From Alphaproteobacteria bacterium (lineage in GTDB: Bacteria > Pseudomonadota > Alphaproteobacteria > Bin95): a stretch of 64,000 nucleotides of DNA. This document shows positions 12,355 through 19,888 of this stretch, in pieces; positions within the stretch are counted from its first letter, which is position 1, and every line of letters begins with the position of its first letter. A model generated the notes under the pieces. It was not told where the DNA came from. It worked only from the letters and a program-made list of their open reading frames with translations, and did not search any database. The stretch covers positions 32,001 to 96,000 of the forward strand of contig OZ224045.1 in NCBI GenBank assembly GCA_963665325.3, written 5' to 3'. Both the position numbers and the translations under genes were made by a program.

Positions 12355-13673
12355 CCCGCTGGCTGCTGCGCCTCTGGCCGGAGGGCATTGCCGGCCGCCT
12401 CGGCCTGCTGCTTCTGGCCGCGCTGGCGGTGTTCTGTCTTGCGGCGGCGCTGGTCTATCTGGATGAGCGGCGCGACCGCGCGGTGGACAATTTCGGCCGG
12501 ACAATGTCGGTCCGGATGACGGCCATGGTGGAGTTGCTGGAAGAAACGCCGGCGGACGGGAGGCAGCGGCTGCAGACTGTGCTGTCGGACCGGCGGTTTC
12601 GAGTGAGGCTGCTGGCGGGACGGCCGCAGGGCCTGGAATGGCTGCCGCCTGACCGCGTCGATATGGATGCCGCCCGTCACCTGCAAGTGCTCCAGCCTCG
12701 GCCGGTGCTCATGCGCCTAGGCGGCGCGGGCCCGAAGGACAGGCACGGCAGGCCCCGCATCGCCGCGGCGGTCGCGCTGGATGACGGCGCGTGGGCAGAA
12801 TTTATCATCCGGCGGCCCTATTGGCCGCGCTCCGGGCCGCTGATCTGGCTCGGCCTGACGGCGCTGCTGGTTGTCGGGGCCCTGGTCTGGGGCGCGCACC
12901 GGATGACCCGGCCGCTGCGCCGCTTTGCGGAGGCAGCGGACCGGCTGGGGCTGGATGCAGGGCCGCCGCCGCTGCCGGAGCGGGGCCCGCGCGAGTTGCG
13001 CAATGCCACGCGGGCCTTCAACCGCATGACGGCGCGTATCCGCCGGCTCGTGGACGACCGCACATTGATGCTGGCGGCGGTCTCGCACGACCTCAAGACC
13101 ATGCTGACGCGTCTGCGCCTGCGCGCCGAGTTCATCGAGGACGTCGAGCAGAAGGAGAAGGCCGCAGCCGACCTCGACGAGATGCAGGCCATGCTGGAGG
13201 CGACGCTCTCTTTCGCGCGCGACGACGTGGCGGACGAGCATCCGGTGGCCGTCGATTTGGCGGCCATGCTGCAGAGCCTAGCCGCCGACTTCGCCGATGC
13301 CGGCCGCGCGGCCTCCTATGACGGCCCCGACCGTCTGACCCTACAGGGCCGGCCGGTCGCGCTGCGCCGTGTCTTCCAGAACCTGATCGACAATGCCCTG
13401 CGTTACGGCGAGGAGGCGGGCGTCTCGCTGCGGCAGGCAGACGGATGGGCCGAAGTGCAGATCGACGACCGCGGGCCCGGCATACCTCCGGAGCTCAGGG
13501 AGCGGGTCTTCGACCCCTTCTTTCGCGTGGAGGCGTCGAGGAGCCGCGACACGGGCGGCAGCGGTCTCGGCCTTGCCGTGGTTCGCGCCATCGTCCAGCG
13601 GCACGACGGCGAAATCGCCCTGGAAGACCGCCCCGGCGGCGGGCTGCGGGTGCGCGTCCTGTTGCCGCTGTAG
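12351..13673 (+). CDS. HAMP-domain sensor histidine kinase (EnvZ-like)
   Basis: Two hydrophobic segments, HAMP domain, H-box AVSHDLKT, N-box NLIDNALRY, DRGPGIP and GSGLGL. Confidence 0.93.
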   Translation: MTRWLLRLWPEGIAGRLGLLLLAALAVFCLAAALVYLDERRDRAVDNFGRTMSVRMTAMVELLEETPADGRQRLQTVLSDRRFRVRLLAGRPQGLEWLPPDRVDMDAARHLQVLQPRPVLMRLGGAGPKDRHGRPRIAAAVALDDGAWAEFIIRRPYWPRSGPLIWLGLTALLVVGALVWGAHRMTRPLRRFAEAADRLGLDAGPPPLPERGPRELRNATRAFNRMTARIRRLVDDRTLMLAAVSHDLKTMLTRLRLRAEFIEDVEQKEKAAADLDEMQAMLEATLSFARDDVADEHPVAVDLAAMLQSLAADFADAGRAASYDGPDRLTLQGRPVALRRVFQNLIDNALRYGEEAGVSLRQADGWAEVQIDDRGPGIPPELRERVFDPFFRVEASRSRDTGGSGLGLAVVRAIVQRHDGEIALEDRPGGGLRVRVLLPL

Positions 13674-13719
13674 CGGGCTGCGTCCGGGCGCGATACAGGG
13701 CCTCGAACGGCGCATGCGC

Positions 13720-13831
13720 CCTTCGATACGCGCCCGCTGGCGCGGGCGCTACTCAGGGCGAGAAAAAGGGCGCTGGCGGGGTTCCGGGAATTCTCTCATC
13801 CCGAGCAACGGCGTCAGCCGCGTATCGAGGG
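13720..13831 (+). other. Long imperfect hairpin (putative structured RNA/DNA)
   Basis: 13720-13732 pairs with 13819-13831 (13 bp, 1 G-U); 13736-13743 pairs with 13811-13818 (8 bp, 1 G-U). Confidence 0.55.
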
Positions 13832-13899
13832 ACAGCCGCGGATTGCGGGCTGCGCCCGTGTTTTTCCCGATCGGGGTTTCATTCTGGCGAGAAAGAGCT

Positions 13900-13932
13900 T
13901 ATATTCTGCCTAATCTAGTACAAAACAGAAAC
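13900..13932 (+). promoter_or_regulatory. Putative -10 element (TATATT) followed by a degenerate alphaproteobacterial LexA-like box (GTAC-N7-AAAC)
   Basis: AT-rich core in GC-rich DNA. TATATT at 13900-13905. GTACAAAACAGAAAC at 13918-13932 differs at 2 positions from GAAC-N7-GAAC. Confidence 0.3.
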
Positions 13933-13950
13933 ACGTAGGCGCATGACCTG

Positions 13951-14124
13951 ACAATGTGGAGCGCGTGCGGCATGAGCCGCATTGTGGCGCTATTCGGGAT
14001 TTCGATGGGCGAAACCGGCGGCCGGGCCGGACAGGAGAGGTGCGCGCGCCGGTCGCGGAAGAACCGACCGAGTTGCCGTAACTCCGGGTCGGGTCCGCGC
14101 GTTTGACCCGTTCGAAATGACCCG
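13951..14124 (+). ncRNA. Candidate structured leader RNA (hairpin plus three-way junction)
   Basis: Hairpin 13951-13959/13977-13985. P1 13995-14009/14107-14124, P2 14014-14020/14047-14053, P3 14054-14059/14094-14099 + 14064-14069/14087-14092 + 14070-14074/14080-14084. Confidence 0.4.
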
Positions 14125-14151
14125 CCGGGCGGTGCGGCCGGGGGAGGAACC

Positions 14152-14586
14152 ATGACGGATTTGCTGGCGGAGCGGAGCCGGGGGCGGGCGTTCGGCGAGG
14201 ACCTCCGCCGCCGGGCGGTTTCGGCGGTGTTGGACGATGGGATGACCAAGGCGGCCGCGGGCCGGCGGTTCGGGGTCCATCCCCAAAGCATCGCCCGGTG
14301 GGTCAAGCGCTACCGGGAACGCGGCGACCTGCGGCCGGACCCAAGGGGCGGCGACCTCCAGTCCTGGCGGATCGAAGCGGAGCGGGGGCGAATCGGCCGC
14401 CTTCTGGAGAGGCGGCCGAGACTCACCATCCGCGCCCTCCGCGATGCGCTGGCCGAGGAGGGCGCCGTGTTCGGGTCCGCCACGGTGCAGCGCTTCCTGA
14501 AACGCCACGGCCTGGAACGCGACCGCCGCCTCGCCCGCCTCGGCACCCGGTACGGCGCAAAACGCCCGTCTGCCGGGCGCGGGTGA
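14152..14586 (+). CDS. Stand-alone IS630/Tc1-type helix-turn-helix protein (no DDE domain)
   Basis: GRAFGEDLRRRAV...AAGRRFGV...IARWVKRYRERGDLRP...PRLTIRALRDAL...TVQRFLKRHGL resembles IS630 N-terminal DNA-binding regions. Strong GGAGG RBS; no catalytic ORF downstream. Confidence 0.72.
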   Translation: MTDLLAERSRGRAFGEDLRRRAVSAVLDDGMTKAAAGRRFGVHPQSIARWVKRYRERGDLRPDPRGGDLQSWRIEAERGRIGRLLERRPRLTIRALRDALAEEGAVFGSATVQRFLKRHGLERDRRLARLGTRYGAKRPSAGRG

Positions 14587-14639
14587 CGTCCGGGCGCCGG
14601 AAGAGTCTGGTACGGCGCACTTTTGTCCTGATCGTCAAT

Positions 14640-14678
14640 GTCGGCGGCCTCTTCGAGGTCTATGCCGACTTTTTTTTT
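14640..14678 (+). terminator. Rho-independent terminator
   Basis: GTCGGC-GGCCTC-ttc-GAGGTC-tat-GCCGAC stem followed by a run of 9 T. Confidence 0.8.
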
Positions 14679-14768
14679 GGCCCGGGGAAGAATTACGCCC
14701 AATTCCCGGACCGGCACTGCGGACGCCGCGTTGCTCTCGGGGATTGAGACGATGGAAATTTGGATCAC

Positions 14769-14828
14769 GCCGGCGCCAGTATTTGCGTTGGCTGCATTGC
14801 AACTGCACCAGCGCAAGTGCTTTCCGGC
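14769..14828 (+). other. Long hairpin with three U-G pairs
   Basis: 14778-14791 pairs with 14808-14821 (14 bp, 3 U-G), plus an inner TGCA/TGCA and an outer GCCGG/CCGGC stem. Confidence 0.55.
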
Positions 14829-14956
14829 AGGCTCGTCATGGACAAACACAAATTAAGACGGTAACGACTTGAAGGTTTGGCCATCACCGTCCTGCAACCG
14901 CTAACGCTCCGACACGCCGAGCACTTTAAACTACCCAGACCTAAAGTTAAGTGTAG

Positions 14957-17162
14957 CTAGTTGATCGCTATCCTTGCATCAAACGTGCGAAGTTCTATCA
15001 TTGGATTTCCCAAACCAGTAATTGCCATTTCCAAATGTTTGTCGATTTGACGAACAACAATTATACCTCTCACCTCCTCACTAGGCTCATTTGCCAACTC
15101 CGACCTGACAAATCCCATATACCGCAACGTTTGCCTAACCACCCGATCAGATGCCCTCCCTTTCTTCAACTCGACTACTACGTATTTTCCATTCTTGTCC
15201 TTGCACAACAGATCCATTCTTCCAACTACTGTGGAAAATTGTCGCTCAACTAACCTCAACCCTTCCTCCAACTGAGATACATTCTTTTCCAAGTAATCTT
15301 CAAGAATCTTCTCCTTAATTTGCACCTCATCAAATAGCTCGTCATTTCCCATTTCAAACAAATTCCATTGTCGTGATCCGACCTTACTGACGTCTATATA
15401 ATAATCGATAGCTTCTTCTTTAGTTGGAAATCTATCGATCTCACCGTAATACGCGAACCAATCCTTTGGATTGTCAAACTCAATAAACACCGCCTTAGAC
15501 TGAAACTCTCTGACTAACCGTTCGACCTCAAATCTCCTCGACAACTTAAGGCGCGCCGCCTCATGTGGCGCCTTGGCTTCAGAAAAATACCGAGCAAACG
15601 TCAAGAAATTGATTGCGTAGCTACGATTCAGCTTTATCGTATTGACTAGGGTCTGTACTCGATTAGGGGATTCCGACAGAGTCTGGAATGTGATTCAAGT
15701 TTCCAAACGATATGGAGGTTTGAATGGCGCGGACGCTGTTTTGGTTGAGCGAGGAGGAATGGACTCGGATCGAACCTTGGCTTCCTCATGGTCGTCGCGG
15801 CGCACACCGGGTTGATGACCGCCGGGTGATCTCTGGGATTGTCCACATGTTGAAGACCGGAGCGCGCTGGCGGGATTGTCCGGCGGAGTATGGCCCCTAT
15901 ACGACGATCTACAATCGGTTCAACCGGTGGAGCAAACAGGGTGTGTGGGAGGATGTGTTCTACGCCCTGTCGGGCTCAAGTGGCGTGATCAGCACGACCG
16001 CTGTCGATTCCACCCACGTAAAGGCTCACCGTTCGGCTGCCGGCGCAAAAGGGGGGAATATGAACACGCGATCGGACGATCTCGCGGCGGACGGACGACC
16101 AAGATTCACGCCCTGACCGATGAGGCCGGCCGGCCCGTGGCATTCACCCTTACGCCCGGCCAGGCCCACGATCTTGCCGGGGTCGGGGCTCTCCTGAAGC
16201 AGGTCCCCGCACCAAAGCGATTGATCGCCGACAGGGCCTACGATGCCCGCAAGTTCCGTAACTGGCTCACCGACCGCGGCTGCGAACCGGTGATACCGCC
16301 CCAGTCCACGCGGAAGACCCGCACTCCTTCGACGCCACAGCCTACAAGCTCCGTAACCGCATCGAGCGTATGTTCTGTCGCCTCAAAGACTTTCGCCGTA
16401 TCGCAACCCGCTACGACAAACGCGCCGATACATTCTTGTCGGCCGTCTTCATCGCCGCAACTCTCGCCTGGTGGGCCAATTGAGTCCCGACCCTAGATCA
16501 GTCCTTCTTCCAGGTAACTGATGCATACCTGCAGCGCTTTCCATAATTGCAATTTGATCTGCCTCGCTCACTTCTCGCCACTTCTGTATTAATTCAAGAA
16601 CGTAATCCAAATCGTCATGTTGCCGACACCGTGACAAAAACAACGTATATTCATCATAACTAAGGTAATGGTCCGTATTGAGTAAAACATCCAACAAAAA
16701 AATATGCGGTCGAATTCTGAACTGATCGAATTTCTGTTGTCTAATTGTTGGATTAGTTATTTGATATCTTTGCACCTGTCGTTCTGCAACTATAGATGGA
16801 TCGTTTGACGACATAAGGCGTTCTCCTGCCGTCGTAATTAGTACTCTTTCCTGATCTTCCACCCAAGCGATACCAAGCGTTGAAAACACTACCTTCCACA
16901 TTCGAGCCATAGCAGTAGAGTCTTGCTCAGTCTGATTGCTTGCTCTTTTCAAGAAAAGGCCACTTTTTTTCAGAGCTGCTAAGTAATCTCCTTGAGCATC
17001 ACTCCATATCCGTCCTTCGAAACTCTTTAGGACCCGAAATGCCTCTAATACTTCATGAGACTTCACCACGCGGCCCTTTGGAAAATACCAATATCCTTCG
17101 TCTTTACCATACCAATCCAAAAAACCTGTCCAGTACTGGAGTCGTCTTGGCAATTGTGTCAT
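14957..17162 (-). pseudogene. Restriction endonuclease (AlwI-like N-terminus + NucS-like PD-(D/E)XK C-terminus) interrupted by IS5
   Basis: Removing the IS and one CTAG joins ...GRRTDL to VNTIKLNRSYAINFLTFARYF... in frame, giving 452 aa. C-terminal part has GRMDLLCKD..VVVELKKG..QTLRYMG; N-terminal part has ITTAG..L..RYQITNP..IRP..YLSYDE. Low GC, adjacent to a methyltransferase. Confidence 0.8.
15646..16496 (+). mobile_element. IS5-family element, two-ORF type, copy A (coordinates include both CTAG)
   Basis: CTAG at both ends; imperfect IRs GGGTCTGTACTC/GAGTCCCGACCC; OrfA 15724-16116 (WRDCPAEYGPYTTIYNRFNRW); A4G6 slippery run at 16047-16056; OrfB with ADRAYD; 1-bp deletion near 16317 relative to copy B. 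Confidence 0.95.
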
Positions 17163-17165
17163 CCA

Positions 17166-18245
17166 TTATTCTCCATTGTTTTTGTCGTCAAATAGGTCGA
17201 GCGGAGTTTGCGATTGACTAGGTATATTCCGACCATAAGTCGTTCTCTTGTGCTTAGCTAATGCCCTATCGACATCTGCTTCGTCACCGAATCGTTTCTC
17301 AGAAGATTCATAGTCCTTTTGGCATTTATATGTAGACAATTCCTCAGACGTGGGATAATTTGGTCGTCCAACTAGCCAGTTTAATCCTTGACCCCAAATG
17401 CAACTGTTAACGCGATTCTTGGCCAGACGATGATATTCGTGAGATAATTCAATTCCAATGCAACGACGCTGAAGCATCTTGGCTACAATTGAAGTTGTGC
17501 CAATTCCATTGAATGGGTCAAGTATCAAGTCTCCATCGTGATCTTCGCTTGCACCGAAGGAATACATTTTTATGAAGCGAGCTGGTAATTTCAATGGAAA
17601 AGGTGCGGGATGATGTAGTTCACGCTTAACATCAGCAGGATACATAAACCAAACTTGTTGAGTCAAATCTAGCCATTCATACTGCTTTAGATGATTTGCA
17701 TTCTTGGTTGCCGTTGACATTTTTCGAGGGAAACCGGGTTTAACGTAAACAGCCATAAACTCAATCGTGTTGTTTTCCAAAATGTTGGGCGGAAACGGGT
17801 AGCTCCCGAACATCATTTTCGAAGTTTGCTTCTGCCAAATATACAAGCTAAATCGATTGTAGTCGGTGTTCGATAAAATCCATTGTTCGGTGTCAGAAAA
17901 AATGTTCTTTATGTGCCTCGGCCTTTGCTTAATTACTTTATTTGGAATCGGCATGATTGGGGTGTTGATTACAAGCTTTCCGTTGGGCCGTAAAGCGCGA
18001 AAACAATCCAACCAAACTGAACCTAACCAAGCGATGTATTCTTCATACGTTTGAGACGATAAGGTGTCGTTTCCTTGGTACTCGACAGCAGTCCAATATG
18101 GAGGTGAAGTGACGACCAAGTCGATGGTTTCATCCTCGATGCGTGATAAGCCTTCCAAAACGTCAGCGTGGAGGAGAGCAATGTTGCCCGTAGTGTCGAG
18201 GTCCGCGTTGAGTGAGGAGAGGTTCATTGAATGGAAGTGATGCAC
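17166..18245 (-). CDS. Site-specific DNA methyltransferase, beta class (probably N4-cytosine)
   Basis: Catalytic motif TSPPY precedes HPAPFP and SAM-binding DPFNGIGTT..GIEL. Low GC. Start is GTG 18245 or the ATG six codons downstream. Confidence 0.92.
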   Translation of the reverse strand: MHHFHSMNLSSLNADLDTTGNIALLHADVLEGLSRIEDETIDLVVTSPPYWTAVEYQGNDTLSSQTYEEYIAWLGSVWLDCFRALRPNGKLVINTPIMPIPNKVIKQRPRHIKNIFSDTEQWILSNTDYNRFSLYIWQKQTSKMMFGSYPFPPNILENNTIEFMAVYVKPGFPRKMSTATKNANHLKQYEWLDLTQQVWFMYPADVKRELHHPAPFPLKLPARFIKMYSFGASEDHDGDLILDPFNGIGTTSIVAKMLQRRCIGIELSHEYHRLAKNRVNSCIWGQGLNWLVGRPNYPTSEELSTYKCQKDYESSEKRFGDEADVDRALAKHKRTTYGRNIPSQSQTPLDLFDDKNNGE

Positions 18246-18293
18246 CGGTAGAGAAAGTAACCCTGTGACATGTTGAAGTATGAAGGCCGTGTA

Positions 18294-19136
18294 CTAGGTC
18301 GTGTACCCATAAGGGGTTTCGTGATTTGCGAAGATGTGATTCAAGCTCCCAACCTCAGGGAGCTTGGAGATGGGCCGCTACGATCTGACGGACTTCGAAT
18401 GGCGTGTGATCGAGCCGCTGCTGCCGAACAAGCCCCGCGGCGTCCCGCGGGTGGACGACCGCCGAGTGTTGAACGGCATTCTGTGGGTGCTTCGCACGGG
18501 GGCACCGTGGCGTGACCTCCCGGAGCGCTACGGGCCTTATACGACCTGCTACAACCGGTTCAACCGCTGGCGCAAGAAGGGCGTCTGGGATCAGTTGATG
18601 GATGCGGTGGTGGAGGCTTACGACGGCAATGTGCAGATGATCGACAGTTCGAGCGTCCGGGTTCACCAGCACGCAGCGGGTGCAAAAAGGGGGGTCCGGA
18701 TCGTTGCATGGGTCGTTCCCGCGGTGGACTGACCACGAAGATCCACGCCGTGGCGGACGTTACCGGTCTGCCGATCCGCTACGACCTCAGCCCCGGCCAG
18801 GCACACGACAGTACGCCCGCCGGCGCCATGCTGGCGCACCTGCCGCCCGACAGTTTCCTCATCGCCGACAAGGCCTATGACGCCAAATGGATCCGTGACC
18901 TGATCGAGCAACGCGATGCCGTCGCGATCATCCCCGACCGAGAAGGCGCGAAGACCAGGCACACCTTCAGCAAACCGTTGTATCGATTGCGAAATCGCAT
19001 CGAACGCGCCTTCAACAAGCTCAAGCAGTTCCGCCGCATCGCCACCCGCTACGAAAAGCTCGCGGCCAACTTCCTGGCCATGATCAAGATCGCTACCATC
19101 AGACTCTGGCTGCGCGCTTATGAGTCCACGACCTAG
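18294..19136 (+). mobile_element. IS5-family element (different from copies A/B), two-ORF type
   Basis: CTAG at both ends; IRs GGTCGTGTACCCAT/ATGAGTCCACGACC; OrfA 18370-18732; A5G6 slippery run at 18684-18694; OrfB to 19136 (ADKAYD, RNRIERAFNKLKQFRRIATRYEK) stops in the target TAG. Confidence 0.95.
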
Positions 19137-19177
19137 ACAGGTAATGCTAGTCGTCTGTCAAGGCGGGAAATTTTCAA

Positions 19178-19888
19178 TCATGGGGCGCGGAAAAGGAAAG
19201 CATTGGCAATCTCATTCTGGAAACGGATGGCGGCTGCCCGCGGGTCGGGGGCGCGGAGGATTTCGCGGGCGACGACCAGGTGGTCGGCGCCGGCGGCGAT
19301 GGCGGCGCGGGGAGTGGCGACGCGCTTCTGGTCGTCTGCCGAGGAGCCGGGCAGGCGGATGCCGGGCGTGACGATCAGCATGTCGGGGCCCAGCGCCTCG
19401 CGGAGCATGGCGGCCTCCTGGCCCGACGCAACCACGCCGTCCATGCCGGCCTCCCTTGCATGGCGCGCGCGGGCCAGCACGAGTTCGTCCAGGGTGCCGC
19501 GCCAGCCGAGTTCGCGGATGCCGGCCTCCTCGATGTCGGTGAGCACGGTGATGGCAAGCAGGCGTGTCCCGGAAGCGCCCCGTCCGCGCCGGGCGGCTTC
19601 CATGACCTGCCGGTCGCCATGCACTGTCAGCAGGTCGGCCCCCAGCGCCGCCGCGCCGCGCGCCGCGTTCTCGACCGTCTGGCCGATGTCCCAGGCCTTG
19701 GCGTCGAGGAAGACCTTGCAGCCCTCCGCGATGAGCTCGCGCGCGAGCTCGACGCCGCCGATATAGAAGAGGCCCATGCCGATCTTGTAGAAGCGCGCCG
19801 CGTCGCCGATCCGCTCGACGATCCGCCGGGCGCTGTCGCAGTCCGGCGTGTCGAGGCCGACGATCAGGCGGTCTTGCGGGTCTGTCAC
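19178..19888 (-). CDS. pyrF: Orotidine-5'-phosphate decarboxylase
   Basis: RLIVGLD, KIG, FLDAKAWDIGQTV, VTPGIR, DDQKR. Confidence 0.93.
   Translation of the reverse strand: MTDPQDRLIVGLDTPDCDSARRIVERIGDAARFYKIGMGLFYIGGVELARELIAEGCKVFLDAKAWDIGQTVENAARGAAALGADLLTVHGDRQVMEAARRGRGASGTRLLAITVLTDIEEAGIRELGWRGTLDELVLARARHAREAGMDGVVASGQEAAMLREALGPDMLIVTPGIRLPGSSADDQKRVATPRAAIAAGADHLVVAREILRAPDPRAAAIRFQNEIANAFLFRAP

Noticed and set aside
14549-14619. GGTACGGCGCA direct repeat 60 bp apart as a mini-CRISPR or iteron
   Set aside because: Only two 11-bp copies, one inside coding sequence, and no cas or rep genes.
14152-14950. Complete IS630 element
   Set aside because: No DDE-domain ORF in any frame downstream, and no terminal inverted repeats with TA duplication were found.
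14957-15604. Stand-alone NucS/EndoMS mismatch-repair gene
   Set aside because: It is the in-frame C-terminal part of the IS-interrupted gene starting at 17162 and has no N-terminal domain or clear RBS of its own.
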